IMG/VR virus record: IMGVR_UViG_3300047552_000023
Reading direction: 5' to 3' (one strand)
DNA from: a virus
DNA length: 34,305 nucleotides
In this document: positions 1-7,885 of the stretch, piece by piece
How the letters are laid out: the number at the start of each line of letters is the position of its first letter
Position numbering within the stretch: position 1 is the stretch's first letter
Program-made: the position numbers and the translations under genes
The notes under the pieces: generated by a model
Database searches by the model: none
What the model was told of the DNA's origin: nothing
Seen by the model: the letters and a program-made list of their open reading frames with translations, nothing else

Positions 1-117
1 ATCGTGAAGTAACTGAGACTGAGCTTATTGAGGGCTACCAATTAGGCGCGGATTACACCAAGAAAACCCAGAAACTTGCTGAAGAACGCAAAGCGGTGGA
101 AGCCGAACGAGCGAAAA
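1..117. repeat. Terminal direct repeat copy 1 (circular-assembly overlap)
   Basis: Bases 1-117 (atcgtgaagtaactgag...gccgaacgagcgaaaa) read identically at 34189-34305. The repeat lies inside one continuous ORF, so it marks closure of a circular or permuted 34188-bp contig. Confidence 0.9.
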
Positions 118-722
118 TTCAGGAAGCGAACAAATTAAGAGATCAGTACGCCCAACGTCTGCAAATGATGGAGCAATTTCTCCAACAACAGAACAAGGGT
201 GAAAATTTGGAAGCCCTAAAGGAAGTTGACCCAATCGGTTATGCCGTGAAGGTCGCTGAACAGGCACAACGAGAGAAACAGTTAGCAGTCCTGCAACAAG
301 AACAGCAACGCATTGCACAACAGCAACAAGCCGAGCAATCTGAGCGTCTGCAAAGTCATCTCGCTGAAGAAAGTCAAAAGCTGACGAGCCTTATCCCTGG
401 CTATGGCGACCCGAAGCAAGGCGACACTATTCGTAAGGAAATCCGCGAATACGCCAAGTCTGTGGGTTGGTCAGACCAAGAGCTTGCAAATCTGTACGAT
501 TCTCGCGCTGTTTTGAATCTGTATCATGGCATGAAGTACCAACAACTTCAGAGCAAAAAGCCTCAGATCGCTAAAAAGGTCGAAGCTGCTCCCAAGATGT
601 TGAAAGCTGGTACATCTAACCCACGAAATGCAGAAGCAGAACAGAACAAAAAACTGCACTCGCAGTTGCGTAAAACTGGCAATGTCCGTGACGCAGCTCG
701 AGTTTTTGAAAAATTCTTGTAA
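3..722 (+). CDS. Scaffolding protein, 3' part (continues from 33963-34305 across the circular junction)
   Basis: The frame is open from the window edge to TAA 720-722 and is in phase with ATG 33963 after subtracting 34188. The joined ORF is 315 aa. It is Gln/Glu/Lys-rich and helical (QQEQQRIAQQQQAEQSERLQ) with an acidic N-terminus, and sits directly upstream of the capsid gene. Confidence 0.65.
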   Translation, partial: REVTETELIEGYQLGADYTKKTQKLAEERKAVEAERAKIQEANKLRDQYAQRLQMMEQFLQQQNKGENLEALKEVDPIGYAVKVAEQAQREKQLAVLQQEQQRIAQQQQAEQSERLQSHLAEESQKLTSLIPGYGDPKQGDTIRKEIREYAKSVGWSDQELANLYDSRAVLNLYHGMKYQQLQSKKPQIAKKVEAAPKMLKAGTSNPRNAEAEQNKKLHSQLRKTGNVRDAARVFEKFL

Positions 723-735
723 TCGGAGTTAAAAA

Positions 736-1686
736 ATGGCTACATATCAAACCTACACCGCTATTGGTCAGCGTGAAGACCTGTCAGATGTTATCTATGA
801 CATCAGCCCAACAGACACCCCATTGTTGAACACTTTGGCTCGTAGCAAAGCTACTGCCGTGTATCACGAATGGCAAACTGACAGCTTGGCTGCTGCTACT
901 ACTGCAAACGCTGCTGTTGAAGGTGCTGACGCATCTGACGCAACAATGTCTCCAACAACCCGCTTGGGCAACTACTGCCAAATCGTTCAGAAGACCATCA
1001 AAATCTCTGGCACTTTGGAATCTGTTGATAAAGCTGGTCGTAAGAGCGAAAAGGCTTACCAATTGAGCAAGGCTTCTGCCGAACTCAAGCGCGACATTGA
1101 AACCATCTTGACTGCCAACCAAGGCCGTGACGCTGGTACTGCTTCTGATGCTCGTAAATTGGGCGCAATGTTGTCTTGGATTAAGACCAACACAAACAAG
1201 TCTTCTGGCACTACTGCTGGTGCTGACCCAACTACCATTGGCGTTTCTACCCGTACCGATGGCACACAACGCGCTTTCACAGAGACAATCTTGAAAGACG
1301 TTATCCAGAAGGTTTACAGCTCTGGTGGCAACCCCAAGATTTTGATGGTTGGCCCATTCCAGAAGCAAACTGTGTCTGGTTTCGCTGGTATCGCTGCACA
1401 ACGCTTCATGGCTCCTGCTGACGCTCCTACAACCATCATCGGCGCTGCTGATGTGTATATGAGCGACTTCGGTACTATGTCTGTCGTGCCTAACCGCTTC
1501 ATGCGTACCCGTGACGCTTTGGTGCTTGACCCTGAATACGCAGCAGTTGCTTACCTGCGCCCATTCGCTACAAACGAATTGGCTAAGGCTGGTGACGCTG
1601 AGAAGACTCAGATCATCGCTGAATTGACATTGGAAATGCGTAACGAAGCAGCTCACGGTATCGCTGCTGACTTGTCCACTTCTTAA
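736..1686 (+). CDS. Major capsid protein (HK97-fold, SU10/DUF5309-like by motif)
   Basis: 316 aa with GGAG 7 nt upstream of the ATG. The N-terminal motif GQREDLSDVIYDISPTDTPLLN is, as I recall it, typical of this capsid family. Its position is scaffold-capsid-terminator. Confidence 0.85.
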   Translation: MATYQTYTAIGQREDLSDVIYDISPTDTPLLNTLARSKATAVYHEWQTDSLAAATTANAAVEGADASDATMSPTTRLGNYCQIVQKTIKISGTLESVDKAGRKSEKAYQLSKASAELKRDIETILTANQGRDAGTASDARKLGAMLSWIKTNTNKSSGTTAGADPTTIGVSTRTDGTQRAFTETILKDVIQKVYSSGGNPKILMVGPFQKQTVSGFAGIAAQRFMAPADAPTTIIGAADVYMSDFGTMSVVPNRFMRTRDALVLDPEYAAVAYLRPFATNELAKAGDAEKTQIIAELTLEMRNEAAHGIAADLSTS

Positions 1687-1693
1687 TCAAACT

Positions 1694-1719
1694 GGGGGGC
1701 TAATCACCCCCCTTTTCTT
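1694..1719 (+). terminator. Rho-independent terminator after the capsid gene
   Basis: GGGGGG (1694-1699), loop ctaatca, CCCCCC (1707-1712), then ttttctt. It starts 8 nt after the capsid stop. Confidence 0.75.
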
Positions 1720-2028
1720 ATGCGCCACATAGCAACAGACAACGGAAAAGCAACAAACTTTCACGATCTTGATGGAAAGTATTTCATTGAGACTAAGCAG
1801 GACATTTCTGGCATCTTGGAGAGCAACAAAGCTCAATTCAACGCCATTGATGAGAAAGCTAAGTGGGGTGAGTTCACAAAGATTGCCTCATTGCCAAACG
1901 TAGTGATTGATGACTTGAACAAACAAGGCATCATGCGTGGTTATGCGGTGATGGATGAAAAAAGATTTCGTGCCTTCTTGAATCACCCTGATAATCGGTT
2001 CTTTAGAACTCGACCAGGTCAGATATGA
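1720..2028 (+). CDS. Hypothetical late protein (102 aa)
   Basis: ORF in the late operon whose stop overlaps the next start (ATGA). No SD is visible because the ATG abuts the terminator T-tract. Confidence 0.5.
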   Translation: MRHIATDNGKATNFHDLDGKYFIETKQDISGILESNKAQFNAIDEKAKWGEFTKIASLPNVVIDDLNKQGIMRGYAVMDEKRFRAFLNHPDNRFFRTRPGQI

Positions 2029-2645
2029 AGGTTGCTATTTGCGTCCCATGCCGTGACACCGTAATGACGGGTTTTGCCTTTGATTTGGCGAAGCTCTGTG
2101 CTTATGAAGGTGTTACTCGGTGCGCTAAAGGCGGCTCGTTGATGATTTATCAAGTGCCTGGCACATTGATCTTCAATCAACGCGAACGACTTGCAGAACA
2201 AGCAATCAAGGATGGCGCTGACGCTATTCTGTGGATTGACTCTGATATGCGTTTCCCAAAAGATGCGCTTCAGATTCTCTTGTCTCGTAAGTTGCCTATC
2301 GTTGGAGTTAACGCTACAACTCGCAGATTCCCATGTTTGCCTACTGCTTTGGACATTGACCAAGAGAACAATGATCTTGTGAAAGTTACAAGTAAGGATA
2401 AAACAGGGTTAGAGCAAGTTATGGGCGTTGGTTTTGGAATGGTTCTTATCCGAAAAGAAGTATTCCAAAAAACAGAAAAACCTTGGTTTTGGTTTGAACA
2501 GACCGACAAAGGTGGGACAATTGGGGAAGATATTTACTTTTGTGCAAAGGCGTTTGACGCTGGTTTCAAGACTGTTGTAGACCACGATCTATCGAAGCAC
2601 ATTAGGCATATCGGAACTTACGAATATGGTTGGGATGATGTATGA
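2025..2645 (+). CDS. GT-A fold glycosyltransferase (family-2-like)
   Basis: 206 aa. It has a DXD-type motif in ILWIDSDMRFPKDAL, then GFGMVLIRKEVF and GEDIYFCAKAFDAGF, a layout typical of small GT-A enzymes. ATGA overlaps occur at both ends. Confidence 0.65.
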   Translation: MKVAICVPCRDTVMTGFAFDLAKLCAYEGVTRCAKGGSLMIYQVPGTLIFNQRERLAEQAIKDGADAILWIDSDMRFPKDALQILLSRKLPIVGVNATTRRFPCLPTALDIDQENNDLVKVTSKDKTGLEQVMGVGFGMVLIRKEVFQKTEKPWFWFEQTDKGGTIGEDIYFCAKAFDAGFKTVVDHDLSKHIRHIGTYEYGWDDV

Positions 2646-3262
2646 GCATTGCCAGTTACTCAGAATTGCAGACAGCGGTAGCTAGTTATCTGGCGCGTAC
2701 AGACTTAACTAGCCAGATCACCGATTTCATTCGGTTTGCTGAACTGCGTTTGCGCCGTGAGTTGCGCATCCGTCAGATGTTGAAGTCTGTAACGACTACG
2801 ACAACAAGTGGTGACTCTACTGTTGAGTTGCCTAGTGATTTCTTGGAGATCAGGGACTTTGTGGTGTCTACAAACCCACTTCAGCCTTTGACATACTCAA
2901 GTCCATCAGCGTTTAGCCGTAATGCTCGCACGACTGAAAGCGGCAAGCCACTTGATTACACCATCTTGGCTAACGAGTTCCAACTGGCTCCTATACCTGA
3001 TTCAGCCTATACGGTAAAACTGCTGTATTACGCTGCTCCTGAATTCTTGAGCGACACAAATTCAAGCAATGCGTTTGTTGCCAATGCGCCTGACGCTTTG
3101 CTTTACGCTGCTTTGCTAGAGGCAGAGCCATTCTTGATGAATGACGCTCGAATCAATACATGGGGAACTATGTACGACAGAGCAATTTCAACCCTGACAA
3201 AATCTGACGAGTCATCTCAGTATTCAGGCGTTCCACTTTCAATGACACTTGCAACGAGGTAA
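2642..3262 (+). CDS. Virion structural protein, head-tail adaptor-like
   Basis: 206 aa. The N-terminus YSELQTAVASYLARTDLTSQITDFIRFAELRLRRELR resembles a widespread phage structural family, as I recall it. It lies between the capsid and tail genes. Confidence 0.45.
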   Translation: MSIASYSELQTAVASYLARTDLTSQITDFIRFAELRLRRELRIRQMLKSVTTTTTSGDSTVELPSDFLEIRDFVVSTNPLQPLTYSSPSAFSRNARTTESGKPLDYTILANEFQLAPIPDSAYTVKLLYYAAPEFLSDTNSSNAFVANAPDALLYAALLEAEPFLMNDARINTWGTMYDRAISTLTKSDESSQYSGVPLSMTLATR

Positions 3263-3264
3263 TC

Positions 3265-3651
3265 ATGTCTGAAATGTCAAACTACTTGGAAAATGCGTTG
3301 GTTAACGCAGTTCTCCGCAACACAAGCTACGCAAGCCCATCTACCGTTTATTTGGCGCTCTACACAAGCGACCCAACAGACGCAGATTCAGGCACAGAGG
3401 TGTCTGGCACTTCTTACGCTCGTCAGTCAATCACTTTTGGTTCGCCTTCTAACGGTGTGACCACAAACAGCGCAGCAATTGAGTTTCCTCAAGCTGGTGG
3501 CTCATGGGGAACGATTACCCACGTTGGCATCCGTGATGCTTCTACAAGCGGTAATCTGTTGTTTCACACTGCCTTGGATGCTTCTAAAACAATCGCCACT
3601 GGTGACGTTTTCCGCATCGCATCAGGTTCACTGAGCGTGACATTGGCGTGA
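3265..3651 (+). CDS. Conserved small virion protein (128 aa)
   Basis: GAGG RBS. The sequence YLENALVNAVLRNTSYASPSTVYLALYTSDPTD...GTEVSGTSYARQSITF...WGTITHVGIRDA resembles a recurring phage structural family. Function is unknown. Confidence 0.5.
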   Translation: MSEMSNYLENALVNAVLRNTSYASPSTVYLALYTSDPTDADSGTEVSGTSYARQSITFGSPSNGVTTNSAAIEFPQAGGSWGTITHVGIRDASTSGNLLFHTALDASKTIATGDVFRIASGSLSVTLA

Positions 3652-3652
3652 T

Positions 3653-4480
3653 ATGGCTGACCTGCTCCCACCGTGGACAATTGACAGCCTAGATAATCTC
3701 AAGGCTAGTCTTGACGACTTAACGCTATCTCTTGATAGTGAGTTATATACAACGTCAGTCACACTGTGGGATGCGTACGGGTCAGTATCGACTAGCGCAT
3801 CAGTATCGGCAGAATCAAGCGTCACATTTGCTGGCGCTGCTTCTGTTTCCTCATCTGCATCTGTCTCATGTGAGGCTATCCGTGTTGCACTAGGTACGGC
3901 ATCCGTAGATGCTTCTGCAAGCGTTTCTTGTGATGCTGTGAGGGTTGCTATTGGCTCGGCAGATATAAGCGCTTCTGCGGCTGTTTCTGCGGCTGGACAG
4001 CGTATTGCTATCGCATCGGCTGACGTTTCTTGCGAAGCTACTGTCACGGCTCTTGGTGGAATTGTTGCAAACGCTACGGCTGACATTTCTGCAAGTGCCA
4101 CTGCATCTGCTGATGCAATCCGAGTTCGTGAGGCTGATGCTGAAATTTCTGCATCTGCAACAGTTACCGCCTTGGGTGGTATTACGGCTGACGGGTCTGC
4201 ATCTGTAACCTGTGACGCAACATTTGAGGCTGATGGTTATGCCATATTCGATTTCACTGCGGCTGTGGATTGCAACGCTGTTGTTGTTTGCAATGGGGTG
4301 CGTGTGGGCGATAATTGGTCTAACGTACCAGTTAGCACAGATACTTGGGCTGATGTGTCGCAAAACGACAACACTTGGTCAGAATCGAGCGTAGGCTCAA
4401 ATTCTTGGTCAGATGTTGCGAGTAACTCAAACACTTGGGCGCAAACTGCCTCAAGTTCAAACACTTGGCTGAGACAATGA
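3653..4480 (+). CDS. Repeat-built Ser/Ala/Val-rich fibre-like virion protein
   Basis: 275 aa. It has about 8 degenerate 18-20-aa units (ASVSC[ED]A[IV]RVA[LI]GxA..AS) followed by six exact 10-aa W-repeats. The stop overlaps the next ATG (ATGA at 4477-4480). Confidence 0.65.
   Translation: MADLLPPWTIDSLDNLKASLDDLTLSLDSELYTTSVTLWDAYGSVSTSASVSAESSVTFAGAASVSSSASVSCEAIRVALGTASVDASASVSCDAVRVAIGSADISASAAVSAAGQRIAIASADVSCEATVTALGGIVANATADISASATASADAIRVREADAEISASATVTALGGITADGSASVTCDATFEADGYAIFDFTAAVDCNAVVVCNGVRVGDNWSNVPVSTDTWADVSQNDNTWSESSVGSNSWSDVASNSNTWAQTASSSNTWLRQ
4310..4480 (+). repeat. 30-bp-period coding repeat (6 x W-x9 decapeptides)
   Basis: DNW SNVPVST / DTW ADVSQND / NTW SESSVGS / NSW SDVASNS / NTW AQTASSS / NTW LRQ. 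Trp falls at residues 3, 13, 23, 33, 43 and 53 of this segment. aacacttgg recurs three times. Confidence 0.85.
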
Positions 4481-6129
4481 CAATACAACGCGTTCCATTA
4501 GGTGAGTGGCTACCAGACCAACCAGGTCTAATTGGCGCTATCACCAAAGCCCAAAACTGCTACCCAACACAGACAGGCTATGCGCCTTTCCCGTCTGAGG
4601 CTGACTTGTCTGCTGCGGCTGACGAAAACCTGATGACATTGGCCTACTCAAAAGACCAATCAGGCACGATCAAGCTGTTTGCGGCTGGTGAAGACAAGAT
4701 TTATACGGTTGATTCTGTTGGCGCTTTGACACCTGTTTGGTACACGGCTGGAACTTACGATCAGGCTGGTTCTACCACTTTGACAGTTACGGCTACGGCT
4801 CACGGATGGAAAACTGGCGATTCTGTCTATTTGAACTTTACAAGTGGCACAGCGGTAGATGGTGATTTCACCATTACCAAGATTGACGCAAACAGTTTTT
4901 CAGTTACCACAACGTCAGCGACAACAAGCGGAAACGTAAGAATCTCGTCAACATCGTCAGGACTTAACACGCCTGCTGGTCAGCGCATCCGATTCACTCG
5001 ATTCGGAAACCGCACAATCGCTGCTAACTTTGGTGATCGCCTTCAGTCTTTTGTGGCTGACACAAGCACATCTTTCCGCAATCTTGCTGACAATGCGCCG
5101 ATTGCCAAGTTTGTGACTGTTGTTCGTGACTTTGTGGTTGCGGCAAACACAACCGACAACTCAGGCGACTACCCTTATCGCGTTCAATGGTCTGGCTTAA
5201 ATGACGAAACGACTTGGACTTCTAGCCAAATCACTCAAGCTGATTATCAAGACATTCCTGATGGCGGTCATATTACTGGTATTCGTGGCGGTGAGTTTGG
5301 TCTTATCCTGATGGAAAAGGCAATCCATCGTATGAGCTACGTTGGTACGCCTTTCATTTTCCAGTTTGACAACATCAGCCGTGAGAAAGGTTGCATTGCG
5401 TCAGGTTCAATCAGTCAATATCAAGGCTTGACGTTCTTCTTGTCTGATGACGGGTTTTATCTGTGTGACGGTCAACAAGTCATGCCAATTGGCGCTGAGA
5501 AGGTAGATCGCTTTTTCTTTAGTGACGCTGACCCTGACTTCTCAACAATGTCATGCGCTGTTGACCCAGTTCGCAAGCTCGTTTTGTGGAACTACAAGAG
5601 TCGTTTTGCAGAGCGTAAGTTGTTGGTTTACAGCTTCACCACAAAGAAGTGGTCTGTGATGATGACCACGTCCGACTACATTTCTGACGCTACAACCGCA
5701 TCGGTTACGCTTGAGGAATTGGACAGCATCAGCGCGTCAATTGACGATTTGGCTGTGTCTTTGGATTCAAACCAATACGCTGGTGGCAAATACTTCTTGG
5801 GTGGAACTACTGGCACGAAAGTCATTACGTTCAACGGCACTAAGAAAACAGCGACCATTGAAACTGGTGACATTTCCACTGGTGGCAGATCGTTGGTAAC
5901 CTTGGCTCGACCACAGGTTGATAACGGCTCTGCATCGGTTGCATTGGCTTCTCGCACATTGTTGAGCGATGGCGTGACATTCGGCACAAGCACAGCGGCA
6001 GACTCTGACAACAGGGTTTCTTTGCGTGGTTCAGGTAACTACCACCGCCTACAAGTTACACCAAGCGGTGATAACTGGAATATGGCTGTGGCTGTTGATA
6101 TTGACGTTGTACCTCAGGGGATTCGCTGA
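4477..6129 (+). CDS. Tail tubular/nozzle-like structural protein
   Basis: 550 aa from ATG 4477 (MTIQRVPLGEWLPDQPGL...). It is large, beta-rich and sits between the fibre genes. The N-terminal motif resembles podovirus tail proteins, as I recall them. Confidence 0.5.
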   Translation: MTIQRVPLGEWLPDQPGLIGAITKAQNCYPTQTGYAPFPSEADLSAAADENLMTLAYSKDQSGTIKLFAAGEDKIYTVDSVGALTPVWYTAGTYDQAGSTTLTVTATAHGWKTGDSVYLNFTSGTAVDGDFTITKIDANSFSVTTTSATTSGNVRISSTSSGLNTPAGQRIRFTRFGNRTIAANFGDRLQSFVADTSTSFRNLADNAPIAKFVTVVRDFVVAANTTDNSGDYPYRVQWSGLNDETTWTSSQITQADYQDIPDGGHITGIRGGEFGLILMEKAIHRMSYVGTPFIFQFDNISREKGCIASGSISQYQGLTFFLSDDGFYLCDGQQVMPIGAEKVDRFFFSDADPDFSTMSCAVDPVRKLVLWNYKSRFAERKLLVYSFTTKKWSVMMTTSDYISDATTASVTLEELDSISASIDDLAVSLDSNQYAGGKYFLGGTTGTKVITFNGTKKTATIETGDISTGGRSLVTLARPQVDNGSASVALASRTLLSDGVTFGTSTAADSDNRVSLRGSGNYHRLQVTPSGDNWNMAVAVDIDVVPQGIR

Positions 6130-6911
6130 TGTTTCGCACACTACCCGTATTTGGTGGAGATCAAAGGGCTGTTGCGGAAATCGTCAACGGCATTATGAAT
6201 GGCAAGACAAACAATCACGGTACTGTGACGCTTGCCACTGGTAATGCCACATCTACAACGATCTATGACGAGCGTATCAGCCCTGACAGCAAGATCATCC
6301 TTGTCCCGTTCTCTGATGCTGCTTTTGCTGATTCTGCGCCTTATGGTCAATTCTCAAACAACACAGACCAGACTGCGCCAAGCACAGGCGTTTCTGCATT
6401 GGTTGAATGGGACACCACAGACTTTTCTAATGGTATTTACCTATCTGACGACACAAAGATCAACGTCAGAAACGCTGGTGTCTATAACGTCATGTTTTCG
6501 TTGCAGTTACAAAACTCAACAAACGACCATCAATATGCAGACGTTTGGTATCGCGTCAATGGGACTGATGTAACCAATTCAGGCTCTAGGTTTGGTATTC
6601 CACCAAGGAAATCAACTGGCGACCCTGCCGCAATGATCGGTTACATGAGCTTTTTTGTTGAGCTTGAGGCTGATGACTATGTGGAAATTGCTGGTGCTGT
6701 GTCAAATACAGGCGTTACTTTGGAGACTTATGCGGCTGATGTAGGCATCCCAAGACCTGCAATACCTGCTGGCATCATCTCTGTTCAGTACATTGCTCCA
6801 AACGCTTACTCAAATGTTCAGGTTATCTCACAGACAAAAGGCGAGGCAACGGTAGAGCATTACGCAAACTCCACATCAAATAAGGTTTATGCCTACGTTG
6901 TCGTTGGCTAA
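6129..6911 (+). CDS. Tail fibre / receptor-binding protein with C1q/TNF-like jelly-roll signature
   Basis: 260 aa with a TGATG overlap. Its pattern NAGVYNVMFSLQLQN...VWYRVNGTDV...DDYVEIAG is typical of C1q-like fibre tips. Confidence 0.5.
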   Translation: MFRTLPVFGGDQRAVAEIVNGIMNGKTNNHGTVTLATGNATSTTIYDERISPDSKIILVPFSDAAFADSAPYGQFSNNTDQTAPSTGVSALVEWDTTDFSNGIYLSDDTKINVRNAGVYNVMFSLQLQNSTNDHQYADVWYRVNGTDVTNSGSRFGIPPRKSTGDPAAMIGYMSFFVELEADDYVEIAGAVSNTGVTLETYAADVGIPRPAIPAGIISVQYIAPNAYSNVQVISQTKGEATVEHYANSTSNKVYAYVVVG

Positions 6912-6976
6912 ACAATGATTTACAATGGCTCCGTGGATGACCCGCCTCGGAGTCCTTTGAAAAGAAAGGTGCTTTT

Positions 6977-7882
6977 ATGGCAGTCGAAACCGCAACATCC
7001 ACACAAACCACACAGATTGACCCAACGATTCAGCCGTTTCTGAAATACGGTCTGGAAGAAGCTCAACGCTTATATCAAGCTGGTGGCCCACAGTATTACC
7101 AAGGTCAAGGCTATGTCGGCCCATCTGAAGCAACTCAGACTGCATTGCAGGCATTGCAAGCTCGCGCTGGTGCTGGTAGTCCTTTGTTGGGTTCTGCTCA
7201 AAATCAATTGATGGGTACTATCCAAGGTGACTATCTTGGTGGCAATCCATTCTTTCAAGGTGCTTTTCAGCCTGCCGCACAAGCTGCGACAAACGCTTTT
7301 AACACTGCAATCGGTAACGTTGCATCACAAGCGTCTAAGGCTGGTCGTTATGGCTCTGGCGCTATGACAAACCTTCAGAATCAAGCTGCTAACACATTGG
7401 CACAAAGCCTTACAGGTACGGCTGGACAATTGGCATATCAAAACTATGCTGACGAACGCGCTCGCCAACAGCAAGCAACATTCGGTGCGCCTCAAATGGC
7501 TGCTGCTGACTATGCTGACATTCAGCAAATGTTGGCTGCTGGTCAATTGGGCGAAGGCTACAAACAGCAAGCTCTGCAAGCTGATATGGCTAAGTATGCT
7601 TACGAGCAAAACTTGCCACAGCAGCAATTGACGAACTATCTGAATCAAGCTTACGGTTTCCCTGCTGGTCGCACTGCAACAACTCAAACACCTTACTTCA
7701 CTAACCCAACAGCTACGGCATTGGGTACAGGTTTGTTGGGTGTTCAATTGTTGGGTGGTCTTGATAAATTAGGCACTGGTGGAACTGGTGGTCTACAACA
7801 AGGTTGGAATTGGCTAACTGGTGGTTCAGGGACAAACTATGGTTCGATGCCTAGTGGCGTAGATCAATGGTGGTTAGGATAA
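6977..7882 (+). CDS. Internal virion/ejection-type protein (Gln/Ala/Gly-rich)
   Basis: 301 aa with an AAAGGTG RBS and low-complexity Q/A/G composition. It is the first of three consecutive such genes, as in podovirus core/ejection sets. Confidence 0.45.
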   Translation: MAVETATSTQTTQIDPTIQPFLKYGLEEAQRLYQAGGPQYYQGQGYVGPSEATQTALQALQARAGAGSPLLGSAQNQLMGTIQGDYLGGNPFFQGAFQPAAQAATNAFNTAIGNVASQASKAGRYGSGAMTNLQNQAANTLAQSLTGTAGQLAYQNYADERARQQQATFGAPQMAAADYADIQQMLAAGQLGEGYKQQALQADMAKYAYEQNLPQQQLTNYLNQAYGFPAGRTATTQTPYFTNPTATALGTGLLGVQLLGGLDKLGTGGTGGLQQGWNWLTGGSGTNYGSMPSGVDQWWLG

Positions 7883-7885
7883 ATC

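Noticed and set aside
1-117. The end repeats as true phage direct terminal repeats, LTR-like elements or IS ends.
   Set aside because: The repeat is internal to the scaffold ORF and maintains its frame. There is no transposase and there are no inverted repeats. A circular-assembly overlap is the simplest reading.
784-1656. A 290-aa ORF antisense to the major capsid gene.
   Set aside because: It is fully contained in a confidently assigned capsid gene on the opposite strand. Its Cys/Ser-rich composition looks unnatural, and it is a typical shadow ORF.
3628-4363. Long minus-strand ORFs (3628-4101 and 3890-4363) and small plus-strand ORFs inside the repeat fibre gene.
   Set aside because: They lie antisense to, or off-frame within, a low-complexity GC-skewed repeat gene. 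They have no RBS and do not fit the unidirectional late operon.
6129-6911. A possible diversity-generating retroelement target, given the BPP-1-like podovirus flavour and variable fibre tips.
   Set aside because: The genome has no reverse transcriptase and no template/variable repeat pair, and I saw no C-type-lectin signature.
6912-6976. A possible terminator hairpin (CTCCG...CGGAG) after the jelly-roll fibre gene.
   Set aside because: The stem is only 5 bp with a 15-nt loop, and no T-tract follows.
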